From Callorhinchus milii (taxonomy: Eukaryota): a stretch of DNA of 64,000 nt. Shown piece after piece: positions 11,191-23,198 of this stretch (the stretch's first letter is position 1; the number at the start of each line of letters is the position of its first letter). The DNA lies in NCBI RefSeq assembly GCF_018977255.1, contig NW_024704742.1:55058001-55122000 (forward strand). Direction: 5' to 3'. The notes beneath the pieces were generated by a model, which ran no database searches, had not been told where the DNA came from, and worked only from the letters and a program-made list of their open reading frames with translations. A program made the position numbers and the translations under genes.

Positions 11191-12488
11191 ACAACAACAA
11201 AATTACATTTGTAAAGTGCCTTTCACGTCAGGAGGATGTCCCAAGGCGCTGAACAGTCGGGGACCAGGACCCAAGCAGGGGGGGGGGGGGCAGGGTTGGG
11301 ATGAGGGAGGGCAGAGAGGTAGGAGGGTGGCTGAATGCACGGTCAAAAAAGAGGGTCTTGAGTCATGCCTTGAAGGAGGCAAGAGAGGGAGCAACGCAAA
11401 GGGATTGTGGGATGGAGTTCCAAAGGGCAGAGAGGCTGAAAGCCCGGCCGCCGATGGTAAAGTGAGTTGGGCGGGAGACATGGAGCAGCCCAGCCTGCTG
11501 AACGGAGGGAGCGGACAGGTTGATAGGGTGTCAGCAGGTCAGGGATGCAGGAGGGGGCAAGGCCGTGTAGGGCCTTGAAAGTGAGTACGAGGATTTTTAA
11601 TTTTATCCTCTGAGGGATGTGGAGCCAGTGGAGCCGGGCGAGGCTGGGGTTGATGGGGTCACGGAGCCTGGTGCGGGAGAGGACATGAGCTACAGAGTCC
11701 TGGATGATCTGTAGCTTGTGCAGGGAAGAGTTGGGGAGGCCGACAAGCAGAGAGTTTCCGTAGTCGAGTCTTGAGGTGACGAATGTGCTTATGAGGGTTG
11801 AGGCAGTGGTGCAGTCGGGCAATGTTATGGAGGTGGGGGAAGGCACAGATTTCTCCCCCATGTCCGTGCCTCATGGAGGAGAAAGGATAGTTGAGGGTCG
11901 AACAAGACGCCCAGGTTCCTGACTGGCTTGGTGAGGTGGAGTGCCCATCCGTGGATGCAGATGCTGCCAGTGCCAGTGTGGGGACGCTGGCGCGAGCCAA
12001 TCAGCAGGGCCTCGGTCTTGCTGACATTCAGCTGTGGAAGCTTTACTCTCATCCAGGACTTGATGCCTGATAGGCAGTCTGTTAGGATATCAGTTGTCCT
12101 GGAATTGAGGATGGAGGCAGAGAGATAGAGTTGTGTGTCATCCACGAATATCTGGAAGTTGACCCCGTGTCTGTAGATGGGGTCACAGATGGACAGGATA
12201 CCGTTTGTGAGCTTGACCGAGCAGACCCGATTGGAGGGGCTCGTGAAGGTAGTGGTTGGAGAGGAAAGAGTAAAGCTGAGAAGCAATGACTCTTTCAAGG
12301 ACTTGGAAAAAAAGGGAGGTTGGAAAGCAGGGATGGGTCCAGGGAAAGGTTTTTCAGGATGGGGGTGATTATAACTGCTTTTAGGGGGATGGGAACGGTG
12401 ACAGGTGATAAGGAGAGATTGATGGTGTCAGAGAGTAGAGGAGTGAGGAGGTGGAGCTGCGAGGTAAGGAGATGGGGGGGGTGGGGTC
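11191..12488 (-). mobile_element. Degraded L2 LINE, internally deleted
   Basis: [19 protein letters not shown] and VDDTQLYLS fragments, with tail. Confidence 0.9.
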
Positions 12489-12791
12489 AATTATATGTAA
12501 GTAACTGCATACCCAAGAGAAAAAGGAATAGAGAAGCATGAGAGGAGGCAAGGGAGGGGGATTGGAAAACGTTGTGGGTTCATGTGGAGTATAAGCACCA
12601 GTAAGGTCTAGTTAGGCAGAATGGCCTGTTTCAGTGCTGCAGATCCTATGTAATTCTGTAACTGTTTATATTATATTGGACTATTTGTATTGTATTATAC
12701 CTATATAAATAGGAATATGGAATCACTTATAATGAATGCGGCATTGTTTTTTGACAGATTGTGATCTGAATGTTTAATGATGTTTTATTAG

Positions 12792-13110
12792 GTGACTGTC
12801 ATCAGGCAGCTTTTAGGGGGCTCCAGCAGAATGCAAAAATGAAACAAAACGTGGCAGCAAATAGAAACCGAGCTTTAGGTAAGAAGATGAATCTGCAGCT
12901 TGCAAAGACTGGAAAGGAGAGAGGTTATCTGGAGAAGAGCCTGAAGATCATCTTCATTATGACACAGGTGATGGCTAAAGGACAGTTTCGTAAACCAAGA
13001 GAAACACTGACTCTAACTGCAGGGAAGACAGTGGAACTTCGCTGTAAGGGTAGCAATATTGGATGGTCTTATCCAGCTCACCTCAATGACTTCAAGGATC
13101 CCAGATTAAG
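12792..13110 (+). CDS. PDGFRL: PDGFRL coding exon 2
   Basis: ttattag acceptor. Encodes ...IMTQVMAKGQFRKPRETLTLTAGKTVELRCKGSNIGWSYPAHLNDFKDPRL, matching the PDGFRL Ig1 start. AG|gtaaag donor. Confidence 0.96.
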
Positions 13111-14160
13111 GTAAAGATAATATGTAGTGCATTACAATCATAAACAGCAAATCAATGCCCATGTGTATAATGTTTTCTGCATTTGATTGTTCTAAACGCT
13201 GGTAATTCTAACAATTCATAGCAGATTTGATGTGATGTAGCCCAAATGCCAATTTGCACACAGCAATGTCCTGCCAAACAGCCATGAAGGGAATAATCAA
13301 TTTTATTTGGGGGATTGTTGGCCAAAATGCTGGGAGGACACTCCCTTCTCCTTTTTGAACAGTGCAGTGAATTCTTTAACTTTCACCTGAACAAACAGAA
13401 ACAGATGCAACCTCAGTTTAACGTCTCATTCTAAGGACAGAATCACACATCCAATAATGTAGCACGTCTCTAGCACTGCACCGGAGTGAAGCCTAGACTG
13501 TGAGCTCAAATACCCCACATGGGCTTGAACCCCCCCAACCTTCTAACTCTGAGGCAAGAGTGCTGCCAACCTATGTCGATAGAGGATTGAGCGTGGCTAA
13601 GCTCTTAATGGCCTTTTTTTTCCTATACTTTTTTGGTGATCTGATGTTTTTTGATGATCTGATGTTTGCGTTATACAAGAGTAAGTGTGCTGTCAGGGCT
13701 CAACATTACCTTTTACCATTTGGGGAAATAATAAATCAACGTTCTGATTATCTTTAATTTTTCAACTTAATGAAAACCTTGAGTTCAATAGCAGACAAAG
13801 CATCATAGTGATAAGAGCACTTTTTGAACACTTTGGTCAGTAAGTACTGTGGTTGCACAGTGCACTGCTTTGGCAAGCTGCAGAATCAGGGACTGGTAGA
13901 TTGTAGCTTCATGCTGGTGGTAACCAGGTAACAAAGTCCTGAGCAATCTATCACAGGCATTATATACCCAGAGCTGCTATGGAAGACCTTTGTAGCTCAG
14001 AGATTCTCATGGAGGTCATATATCTGCTTTCAGGTGAGGGATCCAAACATGATTTTAATGGCGTTTCAGAGGAGAAGTCTTTAGATTGAACCTTATCCCT
14101 TCATAAAGGTTAAAAATGCCTGTGGTTGAAGCATATTGCATCAAATGTATTTGAGAGAAT

Positions 14161-14488
14161 ATAATAATAATAACATAATAGTAATCCTTGCACTGGATAT
14201 AGCGCTTTTCACGTCTTCTAGACGTCTCAAAGCACTTCACAGAATATACTGTAAAGTTAATTGACTGTATATTTGTGAGCAAAATGCAGCAGCCAATTGC
14301 GCACAGCAGTGTCCCACAAACAGTCGTGGATTGAAGTGACCAATTTTATCATTGTTTTTTTTTTCTTGAGTGTTTATTATCAGGCATGTGGAGTAAGGAA
14401 ACTTGCCCAAGGTTTCACCCTGCCAGGAATCAAACCCAGATCTCTCGCTTGCAAAGCGAATGCTCTAACCACTGAGCTACAGGACTCC
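14161..14488 (-). mobile_element. tRNA-derived SINE (short form)
   Basis: Same head and tail as the 35113 copy. Confidence 0.9.
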
Positions 14489-14881
14489 ACTTGAAAATAT
14501 ATCAGGGTGAAAGGAATAGAGAGGTATAGGAGAGGACAATAGGAAAAGTGGGGGTTTGATGTGGGGACTTGTGTAGAAATGAGCACTGGCGCAGACCGAT
14601 TGGGCCAAAAGGGTGTGTCTGTGCCGTACCACTCCATGTAACTGCGTAACTATTGGGATGTCACCTGTGGAATGCACCTGCTCACAGGTGAATGATTAGA
14701 TTAAGATGTTACACTGAATTTCCTGGAGATTCACTCCATGACTGTAAACAATTCGGCATAAAAAATCCAAAAGCGTATTAATAAATTGATGAAACATTTT
14801 TCTTAAGCACTGAAGGTACTAACTTGGATAAAACTATACAAAGCTTAATAGTAACATATGTTTTATTTTGACCTTGTTTAG

Positions 14882-15033
14882 CATTAAACATCAGGAGAAA
14901 TACAGTCAGCTAATGCTCAGCAATGCAACAGCTGCTGATACTGGAGAATACAGCTGTTGGGCAATAGTGTGTGATGGGCTGGAGTGCAGTAAGGATGACC
15001 TGAGAATGGGAAAAACATACATCTTCTTCACAG
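14882..15033 (+). CDS. PDGFRL: PDGFRL coding exon 3
   Basis: 152 nt, AG/GT flanked. Encodes (S)IKHQEKYSQLMLSNATAADTGEYSCWAIVCDGLECSKDDLRMGKTYIFFT with the Ig DxGxYxC motif. Phases are consistent. Confidence 0.96.
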
Positions 15034-15746
15034 GTAACCTGTAAAGTTTCCCATTTTTACAGTAGTTTAGATTTCCACCTTACTCCTTTCATCACCCAGT
15101 AATATTGGTACAATAATAATATACAATACAATTTTTAATAATTTAATAATCCTTGCATTTAATATAGCACCTATATCATTGAAAAAGTCTAAAGTCCCTC
15201 AGAGTTTTTGTGAATGGGGTGACTTTTAACATCAAGAACATCTCAAAGTGATTCACAAAGTTTCTGTCACATGTATTCATTGCACATTTGTAGGCGATTG
15301 ACTCACATGTATGCCTTTCTCACACCCATGACAGTCATATAAATATAATGTGTGTTCTGAGAAAGGCAAGTTTTAATGAGCTACATAGTGTTTAATGTAA
15401 TAAGGTGATCGCTTTGATTGTATTGTGAAATTTGCAAAACTCCCAATTATAAATCATGAAATCAGCAAAGTTGAAGAAGGCCAGTGTGCACACCCCAGCT
15501 GATATTTTGGCCATCGATCCTTTATCAGACTTTACCATTTTGGGGGATTCAGAAATAGCCTTTTAGAGAACTGCGCAAAGCAAACAACTGTTATGGGAAT
15601 GCAAAAGGCATATTCTCTATGATCACCAGCACAGTTGTAATTAATACAATTAATCTAGTTTGTGAATACCACTAAGCATTCACCAATTATCATGTTTATT
15701 CAATAACAACAACCTGCATTTATATAGCACCCTTCACACAGGGTAC

Positions 15747-18483
15747 AACAACAAGACAACAACAAGATTCCATTTATAGAGCGCCTTTCACGTCAGGAGG
15801 ACGTCCCAAGGCGCTGCATGACCCCTTTGTCAGGGTGAGGGGAGGGAAGGGAGGGAGAGAGGAGGGGGGAAATTTTGGGTCATGACCCGAGCAGGGGGGA
15901 AATGGTCAGGGTGAGGGGAGGGAAGGGAGGGAGAGAGGAGGGGGAAATGGTCAGGGTGAGGGGAGGGAAGGGAGGGAGCGAGGAGGAGGAAGAGAGTCGA
16001 GAGGGGAGCTGAAGGCACGGTCAAAGAGAAAGGTTTTGAGACCGGCCTTGAAGGAGGAAAGGGAGGAAGCAAGGCGAAGGCACTGGGGGATGGAGTTCCA
16101 GAGCCTCGGGGCTGAGAGGCTGAAGGCCCGACCACCGATAGTAGGGCGGTTGGGGCGGGGGACGTGGAGCAGACCGGAGCCAGAGGAACGGAGGGTACGG
16201 GCAGGTAGGTAGGGGGATAGTAGGTTGGAGAGGTAGGAGGGAGCAAGGCCGTGAATGGCCTTGTAGGTGAGGATGAGGATCTTGAAATCAATCCTCTGGG
16301 GGATGGGGAGCCAGTGGAGGCGAGCGAGGGTGGGAGTGATGTGGTCCCGAAGCCTGGTGCGGGACAGTACACGAGCTGCAGAGTTCTGAATGACCTGCAG
16401 CTTGTGGAGGGAGGTGGCGGGAAGGCCGGCGAGGAGAGAGTTCCCATAGTCCAGCCTTGAGGTGACAAAGGCGTGAACCAGGGTTTCAGCAGCGTGAGGG
16501 GTGAGGTAGTGCCGTAATCTGGCGATATTCCGGAGGTGATGGAAGGCGGTGCCAGTTGTGGTGCGGATGTGAGGGAGAAAGGACAGCTCAGGGTCGAACA
16601 AAACGCCGAGGTTCCTGACTGGCTTTGAGAGGTGGAGAGTGCAGCCTTGGATGCTGATGGTGTCAGCGCCTGAGGTGCGGAGGCGCTGACGTGAGCCAAT
16701 CAGGAGGGCCTCGGTTTTTCGCACGTTGAGCTGAAGAAAGTTGTCTCTCGTCCAGGACTCGATGTCGGACAGGCAGGCTGTCAGGACATCGGTGGTCGTG
16801 GAGTTGAGAGTAGAGGAGGAAAGGTAGAGTTGGGTGTCATCCGCATACATGTGGAAGTTAACCCCATGTTTGCGGATGATGTCACCGAGGGGGAGCATAT
16901 AGAGGGTGAAGAGGAGGGGACCGAGGACAGAGCCCTGAGGGACACCACATGAGACAGTACGGGGGGTGGAGGAGAAGCCATTCGTTGAGACGAAGTGAAG
17001 ACGGTGGGAAAGGTAAGAGCTAAACCATTCAAGGACAGTGCCTTGAAGGTTGAGGTGGGAGGACAAGCGGTGGAGTAGGATAGCGTGGTCGACCGTATCG
17101 AATGCTGCCGATAGGTCGAGGAGGACGAGGAGACAGAGGGAGCCCTGGTCACAGATAGTCAGGATATCATTGGTGACCTTGACCAGGGCAGTTTCTGTGC
17201 TATGAGCAGCACGGAAACCTGACTGAAGGGGTTCAAAAAGAGAATGGGTGGAGAGGAAAGAGCGCAGTTGGGAGGCGACAACTCTTTCCAAGACCTTGGA
17301 GAGAAAGGGGAGGTTGGAGATGGGCCGGTAGCTTGATAGCTGCGACGCATCAAGGGAGGGTTTTTTCAGGGTGGGCGTGATGATGGCAGTTTTTAATGGA
17401 ATGGGGACAGAGCCAGAGGAGAGGGACAGGTTTATGATGTCAGTGATATGTGGGGCAAGAAAATGGAGCTGGGAGATAAGGAGTGGAGTGGGGATGGGGT
17501 CAAGGGAGCAGGTGGTTGGTTTTAGGGATAGGATGAGTTCAGTGACAGAGGGTGGGGAAACGGGTACGAAGGTGTGTAGGGGAGGATGGGTAGGAGTCGG
17601 AGTGTGGGAGGGAAGGGGTGGGTGGTGGGTGGAAGTTGGAGGGGAAGTGACCGCGGAGCGGATTCCCTTGATCTTGGATTCAAGGAAATCCAGCATCTCC
17701 TCGCAGTGAAGGTTGGAGGAGATGACCTGCGCGGGGTGGCGGGGGGGACGGAGGAGTCGGGATGTGGTGGAAAACAGTAGCCTGGGGTTGTTCTTCGCCT
17801 CCAGGATTATCCTGGAGTAGAAGGACGACTTGGCCGAGGCTAGAGTGGAGCGGTAAATTTTGAGGAGGTCCAGCCAGATTTGTCGGTGGACCGTTAAGCC
17901 GGATTTGACAAAGGTGCGCTCAGCAGCCCGCACCTGGCATTTCAGTGAGCGGAGGTGGGTGGTGTACCAGGGGGAGGAGCGGGAGTAGGAGACAGTGCGG
18001 GAAGTGATGGGGGCAAGAGTATCGAGTGTGGAGGAGAGGATATTGTGGAGGAGGGAGAGAGGAGAAGAGGGGTCGGTGAGGGTTGAAGGCCAGAGGGAGA
18101 GGAGTTCAGAGGACTCCAAGGCATCGGTTAGGGATTGTGGGGGTAACTTCTTCCAAGGGCGGTAGAAGATGGTGGTGGGTCTGGTGGAGGTGGGGAGGGG
18201 GGTGGAGGTGGTGAAGGAGATGAAGTAGTGGTCGGAGATGGCCTTGTCGGTAATAGTGACATCCGAGACACTGAGGCCCCGGGTGATCACCAAATCGAGT
18301 GGGTGGCCGTGACTGTGAGTGGGGGAGTTTATGTGTAGGGAAAGGTTGAGTGAGGAGAGCAGGGAAGAGAAGTCTGTGGAGATGGAGCAGGAGGGGGTGA
18401 AGTGTAGGTTAAAGTCGCCCAGGATGATGAGGCGATCAGAGGAGAGGCAAAGAGATGTGAGGAGTGTTGAAATGTCAGAGATA
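15747..18483 (-). mobile_element. Young 5'-truncated L2-clade LINE in PDGFRL intron 3 (endonuclease C-terminus, full RT, 3' UTR repeats, (TTG)n-type tail)
   Basis: Uninterrupted ORF2 from about 18483 to 15951 with [26 protein letters not shown] and [15 protein letters not shown]. Terminal stem-loop and microsatellite tail. Confidence 0.96.
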
Positions 18484-18732
18484 GTAGCATCTTGGCTGGC
18501 TGATCAGTGGTCTAGTTTAATGCTGAGCCAGAGAGAAAAGGGAGGTGACCATAGGGATAGTTAAAGAGGAAAATCTTCAGGCGTTATCTGAAGACAAGTA
18601 AAGAGAGGAAAGGTAGAGGGATTAAGGCAAGTGGTTACAATGGTTCAGGGTGTACAAACTGTTTCAAACTCAATATCCATCTTACACCCTTCTACGGAGG
18701 TAATTGTGATCCCAATTATTTAATGTTCCCAG

Positions 18733-19026
18733 ATCCGACTGAATTATTCGTGCCATCAGCCAGCTACTTTGAAATTGTCTATCTTCAAGCTGATAAACCT
18801 TCCATAATCCCTTGTCGATTGAGCACCCCTTCAGCCAAAGTCACTCTGCACCAGGACCTGCCTCCACAAGAAGTTCCTGTGGATGGAACGTACATTAGTT
18901 ACGTTTCGAAGAAAGGTTTTATAATTCACCGGCCTCAACCTGAACATAAAGGGGTTGTATACTGCAAGGCAGCTTTACATGGGGTTCCACAAATATCAAA
19001 CAACTATCTTCTTCTCTATGTGGAAG
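18733..19026 (+). CDS. PDGFRL: PDGFRL coding exon 4
   Basis: 294 nt. Encodes DPTELFVPSASYFEIVYLQADKPSIIPCR...GVVYCKAALHGVPQISNNYLLLYVE. AG/GT flanked. Confidence 0.97.
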
Positions 19027-20183
19027 GTAATAACAAATATCTTACGATATATTCACGAGACTACGCATGCTGTTTAGCGGCAGTAAGAAGCATTATCTGT
19101 TTTGTATTAAAAGTAACTTTACATGTTTCCTCTTTCCCTGAGTAGTTGACAAATATTTATGCAGCTTACAAAAGTTTGTAATTGTGTTGTATTGTTCAAA
19201 CATTGAAGAGTAAAAACAAAATATTTAAGGTCAATGCCAACAACTTCCTATTTATCACCCTTTCTCCAAGCAGGATGTAAAGTGAGTACTTAAGATGGAG
19301 ATATCATGTGAATGGCTGGAGATAGTTTGAGAATAAGAGAAATCTGGTGATTGGCCAAATATTTTTCTAACATCCAGCTGTAAACTTCCTAGTTTTCCTC
19401 TGTCTGAGGCTACATGAAGTCAAGAGTTGTAAAAAATCCTTAAGTCTCCCTATATTAAACATGAAATAAATGTGATCTTAATCACTGACATGTACATAGT
19501 AGATGCATGAGCCATGTGCATGAACCCTGTGTATATATGCAATACTCATTTGTATAGGAGTATGAGCTGTGCGTATGCATGTAACTTAGTGTGTACACGA
19601 GGGTCACACACCTATCCATATGAATTATGACCACCCTGAAATGGTGTTTTTCTCTCTGGTCATTTTGCACTTCAAGGCCTTCTGGAAAACACAATTAGTT
19701 TTGTACATATCGCAAATTAGAGAGCGTTTGATATGACAAATTCCATCCCACATTTGAATGGCCTGCTACAGTCACTGGTTTGGCTCATACATGCAAAGTG
19801 AGTACTTGGCGAGGTACTGGAGGGCTGATAGGACCTGTGGTACCAAATCTCAGCCTGTGTGAGCATCTTCAGTAGAGTAGCTTAAGAGAAGGGCAAAGTA
19901 ATTCACCAAATTCCAATAAAACTGCAAATTGAAAACTAAATAATATCAGAGTGCAACTGAAAGGAAAACTTTCATCAAATTTTATATTATTTCAGAAGCA
20001 TTTAAAACAAGCGTATTTTCCTGCCACAATTTATGCAGGAAAAACATATTTTTAAAAAAAATTGTGTTGCTGTTTGGTTTGAAAGAGTTTTCCAATGGAA
20101 TCGAGCAGCTTAACTTTGTGATGTGTGACATTTCAGGCAAACTGCCACAAAAATCAGTAATGAACAGCATTTTATGTGTACAG

Positions 20184-20323
20184 TTCCTAGTGGCCCTCCA
20201 TCAACAACTATTGTAACTTCATCAAGCAAAGTGAGCTACGGAGACGAACTCAATGTAACCTGTAAAGTGCTTGGAGAACCAGATGTGCAGGTGATGTTTA
20301 CTTGGAAATACCCAGGACAGCCA
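20184..20323 (+). CDS. PDGFRL: PDGFRL coding exon 5
   Basis: 140 nt. Encodes VPSGPPSTTIVTSSSKVSYGDELNVTCKVLGEPDVQVMFTWKYPGQP. tacag acceptor, gtaagt donor. Confidence 0.97.
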
Positions 20324-21654
20324 GTAAGTCCTTCATGTTTGATTTTTAATCAATTCACTAAATAACTTTCTCCCTTATTTGTAAACTGATTGGAATATAT
20401 CAGTAGATTAAAGAGGTGTCCCCATATTTTTCTCAAAATATGAGAATAAAAAGAAAAACTATAGCAATGTCAAACAATTGTTCAGTTATTACTGTCGGCT
20501 GTAATGAATATTTAACCAACTAAAACTACATAGCTTGCCATTGAAAGCACTGTTTGGCAAACTTCTTGCTGCTTGACCAGCTAGGACCACCTTACCCATT
20601 AAAGCTTTGGCTTGCAGGGTTAAGAGCTGAGTGGGAAGACGTCCTGCCACCAGTAACTGATCTGCCTCTCCAAATCCTGCTGACAAATCCTCCCGACGTG
20701 AAAGGCACTATACAAATGTAATCTTTTTATAATCTTGTTGTTGTTGACAAGCCAGGCTGTGGCTGGTCTGTCATCAGTAATGCCCTGGAGTACGATGGAT
20801 CCACCTGGCTCAGGAGCCCAGATCACCACAGAGGATTGACTCAATTCTAACATTCCATTGGCGAGAACGTTAACCTGCAGCCAGTTCAGATCCAAGGAGA
20901 AACCCCACTTACCTCTCCCCCAAGGAAGATATCAGCCACTGAGGAACACAAGGCACTGAAGCAAACCGTTCCAAAAAACGTACATCTGGAAGCTTGTGCA
21001 TGCAGTTGTTTTAAAGTCAATACAAGACAGCCATTGTAAAAACTGCCCTATGATTTAAATAGACAGTTACAACAGTGATGGAAGCATTGGAAAACTTCTT
21101 GAGGGCCAGTTACGATGAGAAGGGGTCTCCTTGAAGCTGAACTGGCTCCAAGGTGACATGCCTGGCAACTGAATATTGGAATCGAGCCAGCCCTCTTCAG
21201 CAGTCTCAGTAGTCCAGTTCCTGAGCCAGGCGGATCCCTAGTATTCCAGGGTACTGCTGATGACAGCACAGTCAGCCTGGCTCATCAGCAGAACCTGGAG
21301 GGCAGACCAGTCACTGGGGTCAGGAACTCATCGCACTCATCTCCTGTTAACCCTGCAAGCCAAAGCCCTAATGGGTAGAGTGGTCCTAGCTGGACAAGCA
21401 GTGGGGAAGCTTGCCAAATTACGATATCAATGGCAAGTTATGCGGGCTGAGCTGGTTAGACTCCAGCAGTACCCCAACGCACATTCTGGGGCCCCGAAGC
21501 CTTGGCTCTTGCCAGCTTGTGCCTAATACTTTCCGGAATTGGGTAAGCAAGATGTATCCCTTCAGGGAGAGAGTTTGCATTCCAACATCATATCTATGGA
21601 ATTTGCATGCGTAGGAGGGATGCATGGAAATCTCAACTTGGTTTGGATACTCTT

Positions 21655-21966
21655 AATAATAATCCTTGCATTTGAAATCGCGCTTTTCACGTCGGGAGGA
21701 CATCCCAAAGCGCTTCACAGAACACACTGTAAAGTGAATTGACTGTATACTTGTGGGCGAACGGGGCAGCCAATTGCGCACAACAATGTCCCACAAACAG
21801 TCATATGGATTGAAAATGACCAATTTATTACTGTTTTTGTTTTTGGAGGGATTATTATTAGGCGTGTGGAGTAAGGAAACTTGCCCAAGGTTTCGCCCTG
21901 CCTGGCATTGAACTCAGGTCTCTCACTTGCAAAGCGCGTGCTCTAACCACTGAGCTACAGGACTCC
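21655..21966 (-). mobile_element. tRNA-derived SINE (short form)
   Basis: Same family. Tail loop matches the L2 tail. Confidence 0.9.
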
Positions 21967-23006
21967 ACTTAAGCATAGTGATGGGTTTCCGCACGTGTCA
22001 GATACCTGGCTGACCAAAATAGATTACAATGATGCGTAAATCATCAGTTACTGAAGTAATAATAATGCTTACATTTGGTATAGCACCTTCCCCGTTGAGA
22101 GGAAGTTGAGGTGCTGGAGTATGCACCAGACTGTGAGAAATCTCTGATTTGACCGTGGGTTCACTCGCACAGTTTCTCCATGTCTTTCAGTGCTTTCACC
22201 AAAATAAAGTGCAGCACACAACAGCCCACAGAGGAGCAGATACAAGAAGGGGGAAAAGAAAGGAATAACAAAGGATTGAAAATAAAAATAAATAACAGGT
22301 CAATCAGCATCTGAAAGCACTAGGTTAGCGTTTGAGGTGAAACCTTTCATTAGAACACCACTTATAACACAAGCTCGTATCTGAATCATAATCTTATCAG
22401 ATACTGATTGACCTGCTGTGGATTTCCAGCATCTGCAATCTTTCACTTTATCTCTAATGAATTTTGAAAGACTGCAAACAGTAGACTAGACACAGTGATG
22501 TTAGTTGTAAACTGTGTGGATCCCCTGGAGCTGCAGGGCAACACGCGTTATAATACATTATAATTCAAAAAAAATCACACACCACATTCTAATGGGTCTT
22601 CAGGAAAACATGGCTGCCAGCTGCTTTACACAAATTATTGCTACGTTCGCTTACAAAACACAGTTAATATACTTCATAATATAACCTACAAGATGTTTTG
22701 AGCCGTCCTCACAATGTGAAAGGCGCTATATCAAATATTATTATTATTGTAAGTGAGGTTACTCCAGAGCACCAACAACCAGCTGCAGCAACATTGGAAA
22801 TATTGGCAAATGGAATAGTTCCTGTCTACCTTTACTTCAATGCCACAATACGTGGCAAGAGGAGAAATGTCTAAATAAATGTGCATTTCCAAAAATAGAT
22901 AGTAAAATGTATCATTATATTTTTATAATGGTTTCTTTATAAATGCAAGTTACTGTTTCTTTTTGCTGTTTGAATGGACCGGCTGATCTCAGTTTTATTT
23001 TAACAG

Positions 23007-23198
23007 GATGAAAGGCCAGTGATTATCACAGACAAATGGAGACTAATAAACCGGGATGGGAGCCACACCACCAGATTGTCACAGAGTGTTCTTTACATTG
23101 ATGACATTGAAACAATTGATATAGGGGATTACATCTGCTCAGCTCAAAACCCAATGGGACAGACTGCAGTGGCCACGCGAGTGGTCGCACGTGACTAA
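23007..23198 (+). CDS. PDGFRL: PDGFRL last coding exon; joined CDS 1152 nt = 383 aa secreted Ig-domain protein
   Basis: Encodes DERPVIITDKWRLINRDGSHTTRLSQSVLYIDDIETIDIGDYICSAQNPMGQTAVATRVVARD then TAA. All six exons join in frame (55+319+152+294+140+192). Confidence 0.96.
   Translation, partial: DERPVIITDKWRLINRDGSHTTRLSQSVLYIDDIETIDIGDYICSAQNPMGQTAVATRVVARD

Noticed and set aside
15478..15532. Another hammerhead-like motif on - (CTGATAA-AGG...CC-AAAA)
   Set aside because: Both core boxes are mutated and stem II is poor. Too degenerate to support.
15830..16699. 289-aa ORF and other 100-240-aa ORFs overlapping LINEs
   Set aside because: Alternative or antisense frames of GC-skewed L2/CR1 sequence.
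7440..23198. PDGFR/KIT-type receptor tyrosine kinase
   Set aside because: The stop follows the last Ig domain, with no transmembrane or kinase exons. The sequence matches PDGFRL.
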